DNA of 63,979 nucleotides, counting the filler, from Thermoplasmatota archaeon (GTDB taxonomy: Archaea > Thermoplasmatota > E2 > JACPAO01 > JAHFTW01), in the NCBI GenBank assembly GCA_041623215.1. It is 12 parts of 12 records of this genome, joined end to end, with 100 filler letters (N's around TTAATTAATTAA, not from the genome) between each part and the next. Parts side by side here need not be neighbours in the genome. Positions count along the whole stretch, not along the records: positions 48,713 to 53,925 come from JBFJXH010000131.1; positions 54,026 to 59,226 come from JBFJXH010000132.1; positions 59,327 to 63,979 come from JBFJXH010000143.1; 9 more parts are not named here. The stretch is one strand, 5' to 3'. Below the pieces are notes generated by a model that searched no databases, was not told the DNA's origin, and saw only the letters and a program-made list of their open reading frames with translations. Shown piece after piece: positions 53,634 through 63,979 of the stretch; the first letter of the stretch is position 1; each line of letters starts with the position of its first letter. A program made the translations under genes and the position numbers.

Positions 53634-53924
53634 TCACGCCCGCGCGAGGCGGCTGAGGTTCTCATCGATTGCGTTGGCCCATTCACCGTGCGTGACCTCG
53701 ACGACGGGTCGTTGCCCGGCAGAGCATGCACTGGAGATGACCACATCGGGCCGTAGCGTGCGGTATAGTCGAAGGCTTTGCGCCAGGTCTTCGGGTCCAC
53801 CACCCGCATGTTCAAACGTCAGCGTGGCCCAATCGCCGTTCGACTGAAACAGGGTGTCTCCCGTGAAGAGGTATGTTCTCCCGCTTCGAGGCGCTAATAG
53901 AAACGAGATGCTCCCGCCAGCGGG
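53634..53924 (-). CDS. MBL-fold metallo-hydrolase C-terminus (5' partial), cassette-borne
   Basis: Manual translation GSISFL...TYLFTGDTLF...SLRLYRTLRPDVVISS; TGA 5 nt before the attC R'' box. Confidence 0.7.
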   Translation of the reverse strand, partial: PAGGSISFLLAPRSGRTYLFTGDTLFQSNGDWATLTFEHAGGGPEDLAQSLRLYRTLRPDVVISSACSAGQRPVVEVTHGEWANAIDENLSRLARA

Positions 53925-54025
53925 CNNNNNNNNNNNNNNNNNNNNNNNNNNNNNNNNNNNNNNNNNNNNTTAATTAATTAANNNNNNNNNNNNNNNNNNN
54001 NNNNNNNNNNNNNNNNNNNNNNNNN

Positions 54026-54508
54026 GACTACACCGAGGATCTCGTGGACACGATGGACCTCGTGGTCGTGGGTGCCTTCCACGGGCGCGGCCGCCGCGCT
54101 GGCTGGTACGGGGCACTTCTCATGGCGGCGCGCGATGGCGATGCCGATACGTTCCCAACCGTGTGCAAACTTGGCACCGGCTTTGACGATGCGGCGCTTG
54201 CTGCCTTGCCCGAGCGTCTCGATGCCCACAAGTCCCAGGAGCGGCCGGCCGAGGTGCGAACAGCCATGGAGCCAGACGTCTGGTTTACGCCTGCGGTCGT
54301 CGCGGAGGTGCAAGCTGCGGAGATGACCATGAGCCCGGTCCATCACGCCGGCCTGGGTCGCATCCGGCCCGGCGCCGGCATCGCCGCCCGCTTCCCACGC
54401 TTCACTGGGTGGCGAGACGACAAGGGGCCGGACCAGGCAACCACCGTCGACGAATTGGTATACATGTTTGAGTCCCAGGGGGAGCGCGCGCCCCGTGCGG
54501 ATGCGTGA
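54026..54508 (+). CDS. lig: ATP-dependent DNA ligase C-terminal OB domain (5' partial)
   Basis: DTMDLVVVGAFHGRGRR.G.YG..L.A, CKLGTGF.D, RFPRF..WR.DK. Confidence 0.93.
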   Translation, partial: DYTEDLVDTMDLVVVGAFHGRGRRAGWYGALLMAARDGDADTFPTVCKLGTGFDDAALAALPERLDAHKSQERPAEVRTAMEPDVWFTPAVVAEVQAAEMTMSPVHHAGLGRIRPGAGIAARFPRFTGWRDDKGPDQATTVDELVYMFESQGERAPRADA

Positions 54509-54580
54509 GCCATGCCCACGCGGTTGGCGCGACCACGCCCGGACCATCGTCTGGGAGCTTAGCGCGAATGAGCGGCCGGG

Positions 54581-54973
54581 CTACTCCGACGTCGCCGGCG
54601 CCCGCCGCGTCATGGCAACCGCAAGGATGATTCCAATGCCCAGTACCAGGCTGACGAGAATCTTGACCTCTCGACTAAGGACATCGATGGCTAGGAACCG
54701 AATCTCCGCCGTGACACCAGCGATAATGGCCAGTAAAACCATGACACCGGGGGGGTGGAGCCAGGGAAGCGCATCAAAGAACGGCCCACCAATGACCGTC
54801 TGCTTGAGAAACGCCGCGAGGAAGCCAAAGCAACCGGCGAGCAGCACGAGCGCGGCCAGCTGACTCCAATCTCCAACGCGTGGGATGAATTCAATGGCGA
54901 AGTAGAAGACCGCTAGGACGCTGATGATGAAGCCAAGGAACGTAAGCGCTCCTTGCAGGGTTTCGTCCTTCAT
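54581..54973 (-). CDS. Small 4-TM membrane protein
   Basis: Four hydrophobic segments; ATGA coupling to upstream gene. Confidence 0.7.
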   Translation of the reverse strand: MKDETLQGALTFLGFIISVLAVFYFAIEFIPRVGDWSQLAALVLLAGCFGFLAAFLKQTVIGGPFFDALPWLHPPGVMVLLAIIAGVTAEIRFLAIDVLSREVKILVSLVLGIGIILAVAMTRRAPATSE

Positions 54974-55494
54974 GCCTGCACCTCCGTGAATGAGGTTTCA
55001 TTTCCTTCCGCGGGGGGCGGCGACGGGGGTGTTTCGTGCCGCACAGGCGAAGGCGCACAGGCGCTGGCATAGAGCCAATCATCCCCGACCCGAGCATTCA
55101 GGTCGCCATGCCATCGTGTCTCGTTTTCCGTACTCATTTGAGGAACCTCAAGCGCAATCGTGATTTCTTTGCCGGCTGGGATGCGCACCGTCCCCCTGTA
55201 CAAGGTCGGGTCCGACGTTTGGCCGTGGTACCAAACTTCCACGTGCCGCTTGACAGCAAAGGGAGCATCGTTGTCAAGGACGAGCCGCGCCTCCAGCAGG
55301 GGACAACTGTGGCCGTAGCGATAGAAGCGCTCGAATTGGCCGTCGTAGGGTGCACGCGCCAAGGTTACCCAGCCCTCATCTTCGTAACGCCCCTCAAGGC
55401 TTGACTCGAGGGTCCAGGCAATATCCACCCCAACCAGGAGGACTGCCATGCTGCCGGTCACGAGGGCCAAGGTAAGGGACGTGCGGGCACGCAT
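54970..55494 (-). CDS. Hypothetical membrane-anchored protein
   Basis: N-terminal TM from ATG 55494; GGAGG before the downstream start. Confidence 0.6.
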   Translation of the reverse strand: MRARTSLTLALVTGSMAVLLVGVDIAWTLESSLEGRYEDEGWVTLARAPYDGQFERFYRYGHSCPLLEARLVLDNDAPFAVKRHVEVWYHGQTSDPTLYRGTVRIPAGKEITIALEVPQMSTENETRWHGDLNARVGDDWLYASACAPSPVRHETPPSPPPAEGNETSFTEVQA

Positions 55495-55669
55495 ACACTG
55501 CACTGCACTGGTCGAGGCTTGAACGTGTCGGCACCAGCCTAGCCAAGTGCCGACGCCAATCGAGGTGCCGCGTCGGCGGGTGCCGTTTGCGATGCCACGA
55601 GGCGGGCACTGCCACCGTGGGTCGCCGCAGTTACGACGGCCTCTTATCGCGCCGGCGGTTGACCCCCCC

Positions 55670-56509
55670 ATGGGCTTGGCAGTTAAGGTGGTAGCGCGCG
55701 TGCTTTGGATCTACTCGTTCGCCACGCTAAGTATCGTGCTTGGCGTTGCCGCAGTACCGGGAGTCCTCCTGGCGCGTTGGGCCTGGTCAACCCATGCCTG
55801 GGGGAGTTGGATTTTGCCCGACTTGGTACATGTTGTGCAGGCCACCGTCTTCACGGTCGCAGCCTACTTTGTGACCGGCCTCGTTTTGATGCTCATGCTG
55901 CCCATTTTGCGCTTTGCCATGGGGGCATCCACCGGCGAAGGCACGGTCCCGATTCGGTCGTTCAAGGTGTGGTCGTGGTACAACTACAACGGCCTCATCC
56001 TGGCTTGGCAAACCCTGTTTGGAAAGTTCTGGCGCTCTTCGGCGCTCTACGTACTGTTTCTTCGCGCCATGGGTGCCAAGATTGGGCACAATGTCATCGT
56101 CAACAGTAACGTGGTCTACGATCACGACATGCTTGACATTGGAGACAACACGGTCATTGGCGGCGACGCCGCCATTATTGGGCACGTCGGCGAGAAAGGC
56201 CACCTCGTGCGCGCGCCCATCCGCATTGGTCGCGGGTGCACCATTGGACAATACACGACCGTGTTTCCAGGCGCCACGCTCGGCGACAATTGCCACGTCG
56301 GCGCCATGAGTCTGGTACCCAAGGGGGCCACGCTCGAAGCCAACGCCGTCTACGGCGGGGTCCCGGTTCGCAAGCTGAAGAGTCTGCGGCCCGGCGAGCG
56401 CAGTAGCGCCATTCAGGACGCCGAACCGGAGGCCCTCGCCATGGAATTGGATAAGGCGGACGAGGCCGAGGACGAAGCCAATCGCGCCCGCAAGCAGGTC
56501 ATGGCATAG
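55670..56509 (+). CDS. Membrane-anchored hexapeptide-repeat (left-handed beta-helix) acyltransferase
   Basis: Two TMs then LRAMGAKIG, IGDNTVIG, IRIGRGCTIG, VGAMSLV, GGVP. Confidence 0.85.
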   Translation: MGLAVKVVARVLWIYSFATLSIVLGVAAVPGVLLARWAWSTHAWGSWILPDLVHVVQATVFTVAAYFVTGLVLMLMLPILRFAMGASTGEGTVPIRSFKVWSWYNYNGLILAWQTLFGKFWRSSALYVLFLRAMGAKIGHNVIVNSNVVYDHDMLDIGDNTVIGGDAAIIGHVGEKGHLVRAPIRIGRGCTIGQYTTVFPGATLGDNCHVGAMSLVPKGATLEANAVYGGVPVRKLKSLRPGERSSAIQDAEPEALAMELDKADEAEDEANRARKQVMA

Positions 56510-56666
56510 GGGCATCGTCTGGGGCGGCATCGCTGGACCGCGCGCGGACTTCCCAAGCCCACCAGGGCGACCACCGGCCCAGCAGCCAGTACCAGAGTGC
56601 CCACAGTCAAAGCGTCTCACCAAGCCGCTTGTAAAGCCTGGACCGGCACTAACGTGAGGTCCGACA

Positions 56667-57326
56667 ATGCAGCCGACGCACCAAGATCGCTTCCTAACAG
56701 CCATGAAATTCAGCATCTGGGCCTGGGCCCTGTACTGGCCGGGCGGAGGGCTCCTGCTCGCTGGCGGCGGGCTCGGGTGGGCCGCGGTCCTGATCACGCT
56801 GGGCACCGCCGGCGTATTCGTGGGCCTCCTTGCTACCGGCGCGTTGCAACCGTCTCGAAGCCACCGCGTAAAGCAATTCATCACGGAACGACCGCTGTAT
56901 TTACTGGTCCTGCTACTGGCGATGGTGGTTGCATCCAACCTAGCCAGCGCCTTCGAAAATCCGGGTCTGTTCCTGTTTGCCAGCATCTACCTGGCCGGCC
57001 TTAGCCTAACCTTGACGCGGCTCGTCCAATGGATGCGGGCCACGGGGGAGAATCCATTCCAAGCCCGCACGGACCAGACGTTCATCGTGGTCGGCATGGC
57101 CCTGCTTGGCGCCTTCTTCATCTGGCTTGATGCGACGTTGCCTCTGCTGGGCGGCTCGGCCGTCGGAGGAACCAGCACTACGGTCATCCTAGTGAATTGG
57201 GTTAGTCTCCTGTACCCGCCCTTGCTCATGGTTGCCACGCGGCCGTTCCGAGACCGCCTGGTTTTGCCTCGCGTCCGAGTCGGCGTGCCCGAGCGCGTTG
57301 ACCAGGGACCCATCGTGGCCTCGTAA
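56667..57326 (+). CDS. Multi-pass membrane protein
   Basis: About 6 hydrophobic segments. Confidence 0.65.
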   Translation: MQPTHQDRFLTAMKFSIWAWALYWPGGGLLLAGGGLGWAAVLITLGTAGVFVGLLATGALQPSRSHRVKQFITERPLYLLVLLLAMVVASNLASAFENPGLFLFASIYLAGLSLTLTRLVQWMRATGENPFQARTDQTFIVVGMALLGAFFIWLDATLPLLGGSAVGGTSTTVILVNWVSLLYPPLLMVATRPFRDRLVLPRVRVGVPERVDQGPIVAS

Positions 57327-57400
57327 GGGCTCAAATCCCCAATGTCCAATTCCCAAGGCCCCATCAGGTTTGAGCGTGCATTCATACCCGGGGCAATTGC

Positions 57401-59226
57401 GTGCGGCAAGAAAAAGCGAGCGCGGTTCAACCGGCCACGCTCACCCAGGTCTACGAGACCTTAGCGCAACGCGACGCAGGCGGCGTCGCGTCCGCCATTG
57501 ATGAATTGGAGGGGGCCATCGTTGCGCCCCACGAATGGCGCGCTATTCTGCTCGAGCGCGTGGACCGGCCTGAAGTCATTGACAATGGTCTTGACCCAGA
57601 CGAGGAGGAGGCGCTGGCGGCGCTGCTCGGTTTGTCCGTCCGCACGCTGCGCAACGTCATCGATGATTTAGTGCAGGACGGATTGTTGCCGATTGGTGTA
57701 GCCTCGCCAGAACGCCAAGACGCGATGGAGCGACGCGCGGCGTTGGAGCGGCAACGATTACGGGACGCGGAAGCAGGAACGACGGAAATCATTCCGCCCG
57801 ATTCGTTGGGAGGCCCCAGCATCGTCAAGCGCCATGTGCAGGAGCCTTGGCTGGACGACCCAAACCAGGAAGGCCTGACAGCCGAGGAAGAAGAAATCAT
57901 TGCCAAACGCCTAGGAATTGACCGGGACGTTTTGCGCGAAATTATCGACGACTTGCGAGCCAGCGGGGCCCTTGATTGGCATGCGTGGCGACCCAAGAGC
58001 GGCAAGGAAAAGGGCGAAGTCATCCATGCCGGCCGGCGCGAGGCCCTCCGGGACCGCGAAACCATGCGGCGCGCCCACCAAACGGTCCATGAAGCGCTGC
58101 GCATCGACCGCAAGCCGCTGGAGGTGGAGACTCGCCAAGCGCTGGCTGGCACCATGGCAGTGGTCTTCGTCGCGAGCTTCCTGCTGGGTGCGGTCGGCAC
58201 GCCAGCTCTTGCCACTGCCGTCGTAGCCGAAACCGTGGTCCCCACGCTCGTTGCCACCGGGGGGTCCTTGGCGCCGGCAGGCGGGGCCGGTGGAGGCGGC
58301 GCCGCAGCCATTCTGTTCACAGGAGGCGGAGGAGGCAATGGTAGTGGGGGCGGCCAAGGTGGGGGGCATAGTGGTGGGCACGGGCAACACGGCAACGATA
58401 CGGATGAGGATGGCATACCTGACCGTACGGAGGAGTTGGGCGGCAGCAATGCCACAGACCCGGAGGACCCACGCCAGGTGGATGGCAGGGTTCTGATTTG
58501 CCATACTCCCCCCGATCCCAATCATACTCTATGGGTTGCAATCGCAGCTGCGCCGGGACACATGCACCACGGCGATTGGTTTGGTCTCTGCGATGAGCCC
58601 GGCGACGACGGCAACGAAACCGACGACGACGGAGGCGACGGCAACGAAACCGACGACGACGGAGGCGACGGCAACGAGACCGGCAATGATGGCCCGCCCC
58701 CCGGCGACGGCGGCCATGGACAACACGGCAATGATACCGACGGCGATGGCATCCCGGACACGACCGAAATAGCAGGTGGCAGCGACCCGCTCAATGGGAC
58801 TGACCCACCTCAGGTTAACGGCACGGTCCAGGTTTGCCACGTCCCGCCCGAGCCCAACGAGACCATCTGGATTGATGTCCCCGCGGCCCCGGCTCACATT
58901 GACCATGGCGACCACTTCGGCGCTTGTGCACACGACATCGATTCGGACGGCGACGGCTTGTCGGACGAACTGGAGGAAGAATTGGGCACCGACCCCAACA
59001 ACCCCGACACCGACGGCGACGGCTACACCGACGGCGAAGAAGTCGACGCCGGCAGCGACCCCCTTGACCCCAACAGCATCCCCGGCGACACCGACGGCGA
59101 CGGATTACCCGACGACTGGGAACAAGACAACTTCGGCAACATCACCGACCAAAACGGCACCGGCGACCCCGACAACGACGGCCTCAACAACACCGCCGAA
59201 CACAACGCCGGCACCGACCCCAACAA
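57401..59226 (+). CDS. Single-pass membrane protein: duplicated HTH-like N-terminal region, Gly linker, Cys/His repeats and DxDxDG repeats; 3' partial
   Basis: Two GL..EEEE..A..LG.....LR..IDDL...G.L units, one TM, two CH.PP.PN.T.W....AAP.H..HGD.FG.C units, DTDGDG repeats. Confidence 0.75.
58607..58682 (+). repeat. 30-nt coding tandem repeat ([10 protein letters not shown], about 2.5 copies)
   Basis: gacggcaacgaaaccgacgacgacggaggc repeated; each copy has an N-E-T sequon. Confidence 0.9.
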
Positions 59227-59326
59227 NNNNNNNNNNNNNNNNNNNNNNNNNNNNNNNNNNNNNNNNNNNNTTAATTAATTAANNNNNNNNNNNNNNNNNN
59301 NNNNNNNNNNNNNNNNNNNNNNNNNN

Positions 59327-59468
59327 ACAGTCACAGTCACTGGCGCGACTGCTTCGCCCACGCCACTTTCCTCGCTTCGCTCGTCAAATGACCTGGACAG
59401 TCACAGTCACTGGCGCGACTGCTTCGTCCACGCCACTTTCCTCGCTTCGCTCGTCAAATGACCTGGAC
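59327..59468. repeat. 70-nt tandem duplication including the nusA 3' end
   Basis: 59327-59396 and 59397-59466 are identical except for one C/T. Confidence 0.92.
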
Positions 59469-60008
59469 TTCATCAATCGCGTGGTGTCGCTTCGCGATGC
59501 GGCGAATGCTGGCGATGTTGTGTCCGCCCTTGCCAATGGCCTTGCCCTTGTCGTCAGGGGTGACTTCCACAATGGCGCGAATCCACAGCCGCTTGGCCTC
59601 GGCTTCACCCAGTTGCACGTTGGCGTCGGCGTCCCTGTCTCCGTCCGCGACAGCTTCGTCGTCACCCTCGGGCTCCGCAGCGGCTTGGGGTCGGACCACT
59701 TTGCCGTCGGCGCCGACCAATTGCGTTTCCATGCGGACCGACACAAGATCGAATGGCTTGAACAGATTACGGATGAAGAGCTGTTGGTCCTCGTCCCATT
59801 CAACGAACTTGACGTCTTTCTTCAGCAAATCGCGCATCAAGGCGAGGTTCTTGGCTTCCTTGCCAAGAGCCTGGCCCAAATGGCCGTGCTCCGTAATGAA
59901 GACAATGCGGTCGCCCTCGTCCACGGCGTCCCGGATGCGGGCACGCAGGCGCTTCTCGGCCTCGGTGATGAGGCCAATGGCTTCCATGGAGAGCTCGATG
60001 TCAGCCAT
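59454..60008 (-). CDS. nusA: Archaeal NusA (KH domains)
   Basis: G.ALGK, FIRNLF.P, DKGKAIGKGG.NI; position after rpl30e. Confidence 0.92.
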   Translation of the reverse strand: MADIELSMEAIGLITEAEKRLRARIRDAVDEGDRIVFITEHGHLGQALGKEAKNLALMRDLLKKDVKFVEWDEDQQLFIRNLFKPFDLVSVRMETQLVGADGKVVRPQAAAEPEGDDEAVADGDRDADANVQLGEAEAKRLWIRAIVEVTPDDKGKAIGKGGHNIASIRRIAKRHHAIDEVQVI

Positions 60009-60010
60009 GG

Positions 60011-60304
60011 TTACGCCTTGGCAAGTTGCAGGACATCGGACTGGCCGGCGTCCAAGACAGCGAGGGCAGAGATGGCAAATGGCTTACCGCAGGCAGGTCC
60101 CAGGTCGGTGCCCATGCCTTTGAAGCCGTACACCGGGACACGTTTCGTGTCCGCAGCTGCGCGAATGGCGTCGCCATGCGGGCAATTGTCGGCCAATACC
60201 ACGAGCTTTGCCTCGCCGGCATCAATCTTCTTTTGGGTCTGATCGGCGCCGATGACGACGGTGCCGGTCGCGATCACGGTTCTCAGGCTTCGTTGGACGT
60301 CCAT
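60011..60304 (-). CDS. rpl30e: 50S ribosomal protein L30e
   Basis: TG.VVIG, AKLVVLA.NCP, LG.ACGKPF.IS.LAV.D.G.S. Confidence 0.96.
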   Translation of the reverse strand: MDVQRSLRTVIATGTVVIGADQTQKKIDAGEAKLVVLADNCPHGDAIRAAADTKRVPVYGFKGMGTDLGPACGKPFAISALAVLDAGQSDVLQLAKA

Positions 60305-60307
60305 GTC

Positions 60308-61906
60308 TTAGGCCTCCTCGTTGGATGGTTCAGGTCCCGGCTCTTCTGCCGGCGCTTCCTCCCCCGGGGCCTCGAAGGCCGCGGGGTCGAAGGCGAGTTC
60401 GGGTTCAGGTTCGGGGACAGTGTTAATGACCGGCGGCATGGTCTTCTTGAGCTCCATGAGCCGCGCTTGGTCCATGGCCAGCCGGACGGCGCCGGTGCCA
60501 AGGTTGACGGGTTGGCCAACAATGATGTTCTCGGCCACACCGCTAAGGGTGTCGCGCTCGCCGGTCATCCCGGCTTGCAGCAGGTGGTCAACGGTAATCT
60601 CGAACGCGGCGCGAGCCAAGATGCTGGACTTCTGCCCGGACACACCTTGGCGACCAATGGCTTTCACTTCGCCGTCGCTGGTCATGACGTCCGACACAAG
60701 CATCAAGTGACGCTGGTCGACGGACAGACCTTGGCCGGCGAGTGTTGCATAGGCCTCGTTCATGATGGAGGCCCGCGCAGCCTCGATGCCGAGTTCGTTT
60801 TGGATTTGCACGATGTCATTGGTGCCGATGCGGGAGTGGTCGATGCCCTCCACCTCAAGCACTTCACGGAGGTTGCTGCCCTCCGTGTACATCACGTAGC
60901 CGCCTTCCTTCTCGTCGCGGGACAAGACCACGCGCGTGATGCCATCAATGCCCTTGACCTTGACTTTCTTCAAGTCGTCAACGGCCTTCTGCAGGTTGCG
61001 GAAGTTAGGGTCGCCGAGGGTTACCTTGAACGGCTGACCGCTCTTCTCCGGCTCTTCAACCTTAATGCGGCGCACGCGACGAATCGCCTCGTACACTTCT
61101 TCGGTCGAGATGTCCTTGTCTGCCAATTGTTGCTTGCGAGGCGTGACCAGCACTTCGAGGTTCGAGAGGTCCGATTGGATGTCTGCAATCTGCCCGAGGG
61201 TGCTGGTTTCAATCCGGTTAGCCACGGCGGTCGCCGCCTTGCGGTCCTTGCGCGAGTCCGCTGCCAAGGGCAGGGTCATGGTGGGCGTACTCGGGGTGCG
61301 GCGAGCGTCAACAATCTCAATGAGCCGGGGCAAACCGAGGGTGACGTTAATTTCCGCCACACCGGCGAAGTGGAACGTACGCATGGTCATCTGCGTGCCA
61401 GGCTCACCAATGGATTGGGCGCCGACGATGCCGCACGCTTCCGTTGGGTCGACGCTGCTGCGCAGGTAGTCGGCCAGCGCGAGGTCGGCCGCCATCTTCA
61501 GTTGGGCGTCCGTGAACTTGCGTTCTAGGCAGGCATCCACCACGGTGCGAATCAACGATTGGGGAAGGCCGCTACCGGCCTCTCCCAAGTGCTTCATGAC
61601 AAGCTCGTCCTTCTTCAGGAGGGCAGGGTCACGGGTTTCCACCTTGGCGATGTAATCGGTGTAGGTGACGTTCTCGTCGAAGCGAGCACGGCGGGCGCGG
61701 CGGGCGGCCGCTTCACGCTTGCCGCGGTTGAGCTTGAGCTGGATGTCTTCAGCTTCGTTGCCAGCAAAACCAGCCTCCATGAGGTCCTTCTTGGTGGCCG
61801 CCTTGGCCTTGGTGACCGTGAAGCCAGCCTCAACGAGGCGCTCGGCGGTTTCCTTGTCGAAGGAGTACGTGGTAATGTACGACTTGAGCGTCTGCGCGTT
61901 GGCCAT
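60308..61906 (-). CDS. rpoA2: RNA polymerase subunit A'' (Rpo1C)
   Basis: [50 protein letters not shown]. Confidence 0.97.
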   Translation of the reverse strand: MANAQTLKSYITTYSFDKETAERLVEAGFTVTKAKAATKKDLMEAGFAGNEAEDIQLKLNRGKREAAARRARRARFDENVTYTDYIAKVETRDPALLKKDELVMKHLGEAGSGLPQSLIRTVVDACLERKFTDAQLKMAADLALADYLRSSVDPTEACGIVGAQSIGEPGTQMTMRTFHFAGVAEINVTLGLPRLIEIVDARRTPSTPTMTLPLAADSRKDRKAATAVANRIETSTLGQIADIQSDLSNLEVLVTPRKQQLADKDISTEEVYEAIRRVRRIKVEEPEKSGQPFKVTLGDPNFRNLQKAVDDLKKVKVKGIDGITRVVLSRDEKEGGYVMYTEGSNLREVLEVEGIDHSRIGTNDIVQIQNELGIEAARASIMNEAYATLAGQGLSVDQRHLMLVSDVMTSDGEVKAIGRQGVSGQKSSILARAAFEITVDHLLQAGMTGERDTLSGVAENIIVGQPVNLGTGAVRLAMDQARLMELKKTMPPVINTVPEPEPELAFDPAAFEAPGEEAPAEEPGPEPSNEEA

Positions 61907-63979
61907 TAGTTCTTACCTCCCTTAGTGGCCTTCTTGCTCGTGGCGCGTTCCACCTGGCCAAGGATGTGCTCAAGGTCCACTGGGCTACCAGCGGCCGACC
62001 GCGTCGGGTCGACGCCGTCTTCACCATACTGGAATTGGATGATGGTGCCCTGCGTGTTGCGCACGGTCCGGTCCTGCTCGACCTTCAAGTCTTCCAGCGC
62101 ATTGATGAGACGGCGCTGCATGTAACCGGAACGGCTGGTACGAACGGCCGTGTCCACAAGACCTTCACGGCCACCCATGGAGTGGAAGAAGTACTCCGTC
62201 GGGGATAGGCCGGTCTTGTAGCTGGAGGCCACGAAGCCCTTAGCGTCGGCACCCAAGTCGCCCCAGGCGAAGTGGGGCAACGTGCGGTCCTTGTAGCCTC
62301 GGTGGATACGTTCGCCGCGCACAGCCTGCTGGCCGACCATGCCGGCCATCTGCGACAAGTTCAGCATGGAACCACGCGCACCGCAGCGGGCCATCAGGAC
62401 CGCGCTGTTGCTCATACCTACTTGGCTGGCAACCACTTCACCAGCGGCGTCACGGGCTTGACCCGTTTCCCGCATGATTTCCATTTCCAGGGTTTCCTCG
62501 GGGGTCCGGCCGGGTAGGGGCTGGAGAGTGCCTTTGTCGTACTGGGCAACGAGGGCAGCGACGCGCTTCTTGGTGGCCACGACACGCTCGTCGATGGTCT
62601 TCCGGGCGTCGGCGGGAATGTCTTCGTCGTCGATGCTGGTGGAAAAGCCACGCAGCGTCAGGAAACCGTTGCCGAGTTTGGTGACCTTGTCAAGGAATTC
62701 ACGCGCCCGGGCGTTGCCGTATTCGCGGCTGATGTGGTCCAGGATACGTCCCTTGAAACTGGCAATCGCTTTCTCGTCAATGCCGCCTGATTCGAGGCGT
62801 CCATTGCGGATGACGACCCAGTAGTCGTTGGCCGGATCCATCGCTTCCTCCTTGGTCATGCCAGGGGGGCAAGCGGCGCAGCGGAATTCCATGTTCAGGT
62901 CGTCCGGCAGGAGCGTCGAAAACAGGTCCTTGCCCCAGACGTACTTACGAATCTCGCCGTTGGCATCGGTTTCTTCGTGAATCGGGGGGGTCTTGCCCTT
63001 GAAGCCGACACGGGCCAGCACCTGGGTGGCGTCTTCGAGGGCCATTTTGGGGCCATGTTCGCCAGCGCCACGGTTGTTCCAGGTCAGGAGGAAGTTGCCG
63101 GAGATGTGGTCGTGGATGGCGCCGATGATGGGGCCACCAAAGCGCGGCGAACGAATGTTCTCCTGCACCTTCATGAGAATCTCGGCTTCGGCACGCGCCT
63201 CTTCACCTTGGATGACGTGCATGTTCATTTCGTCACCGTCGAAGTCCGCGTTGTAGGGCGGGCAGCACGGGAGGTTGAACCGGAACGTCTTGCCGGGCAT
63301 GACGCGCACCTTGTGGGCCATCATGCTCATCCGGTGCAAGGTGGGCTGCCGGTTGAAGAGAACCACGTCGCCGTCGTTCAATTGGCGCTCGACGATGCTT
63401 CCTACTTCGAGGCGGTTTGCCACTTCTTCGGCGTTCTTGTCGGTTACCTTGATGCGTCGCTTGTCGGCGCGGATGACGTAGTTGACGCCGGGAATGTACA
63501 GCTTACCTTCGGGGGCTTCGGGCGCGGGGCCACGCAGAATGAGTTCGCGGCAGTAGGCGAAGTTCTGGGCCGTGACGCGCACCGGATTGGTCAACTCGCG
63601 GGCGCACTGAATCGGGCATCCCACTTCGTTGATGCTGAGATTCGGGTCGGGGCTGATGACCGTACGAGCCGAGAAGTTGACACGCTTACCGGACAGGTTG
63701 CTGCGGAAACGGCCCTCCTTGCCCTTCAACCGTTGGCTGATGGTCTTGAGGGGCCGACCGGAGCGGTGACGGGCCGGGGGAATACCCGCGGTTTGGTTGT
63801 CGAAGTAGGTGGTGATGTGGTACTGCAACAGTTCCCACAAGTCCTCGACAATGAGCTGGGGTGCACCCGCGTCGCGGTTCTCCTGGAGCCGCTGGTTGAT
63901 ACGAATGACATCCACGAGCTTGTGCGTCAGGTCGTCTTCGGAGCGTTCACCAGAGTCAAGCGTAATGCTCGGGCGCATG
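61906..63979 (-). CDS. rpoA1: RNA polymerase subunit A' (Rpo1N); 5' partial
   Basis: [53 protein letters not shown]. Confidence 0.98.
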   Translation of the reverse strand, partial: MRPSITLDSGERSEDDLTHKLVDVIRINQRLQENRDAGAPQLIVEDLWELLQYHITTYFDNQTAGIPPARHRSGRPLKTISQRLKGKEGRFRSNLSGKRVNFSARTVISPDPNLSINEVGCPIQCARELTNPVRVTAQNFAYCRELILRGPAPEAPEGKLYIPGVNYVIRADKRRIKVTDKNAEEVANRLEVGSIVERQLNDGDVVLFNRQPTLHRMSMMAHKVRVMPGKTFRFNLPCCPPYNADFDGDEMNMHVIQGEEARAEAEILMKVQENIRSPRFGGPIIGAIHDHISGNFLLTWNNRGAGEHGPKMALEDATQVLARVGFKGKTPPIHEETDANGEIRKYVWGKDLFSTLLPDDLNMEFRCAACPPGMTKEEAMDPANDYWVVIRNGRLESGGIDEKAIASFKGRILDHISREYGNARAREFLDKVTKLGNGFLTLRGFSTSIDDEDIPADARKTIDERVVATKKRVAALVAQYDKGTLQPLPGRTPEETLEMEIMRETGQARDAAGEVVASQVGMSNSAVLMARCGARGSMLNLSQMAGMVGQQAVRGERIHRGYKDRTLPHFAWGDLGADAKGFVASSYKTGLSPTEYFFHSMGGREGLVDTAVRTSRSGYMQRRLINALEDLKVEQDRTVRNTQGTIIQFQYGEDGVDPTRSAAGSPVDLEHILGQVERATSKKATKGGKN

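Noticed and set aside
59327..59468. CRISPR array at the contig end
   Set aside because: Head-to-tail 70-nt duplication with no spacer and no cas genes.

Overview
The window is 12 unlinked contigs of about 5.2-5.5 kb, sorted by decreasing length and joined by 100-nt N/TTAATTAATTAA/N linkers. They come from a GC-rich archaeal genome bin, most likely Thermoplasmatota (split rpoA1/rpoA2-rpl30e-nusA, membrane LonB, Nop5, archaeal tRNA-Pro, many PGF-CTERM-like surface proteins). Housekeeping genes include pyrD, ahcY, lonB-nadM-pncC, rqcH, katG, lig and hom. Two things stand out. (1) A same-strand cluster encodes a Trp 2,3-dioxygenase, a luciferase-like monooxygenase, a WD40 protein and a variant class-3 asparaginase. 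A second contig carries 2-aminophenol 1,6-dioxygenase amnB and an amnA-RidA fusion. Together they suggest an untested kynureninase-independent route: Trp -> kynurenine -> Baeyer-Villiger beta-aspartyl ester/amide -> Asp + 2-aminophenol -> ring cleavage. (2) Two contigs carry integron attC sites and gene cassettes, one site textbook and the others decaying, with no integrase in view. One cassette holds an archaeal-style lipoprotein. Other oddities are a Nop5 with an RGG-repeat tail, an unannotated Trp-rich 30-aa membrane peptide beside the Trp dioxygenase, and an AlgI/AlgJ-like O-acylation pair. All calls come from reading motifs; no searches were run.
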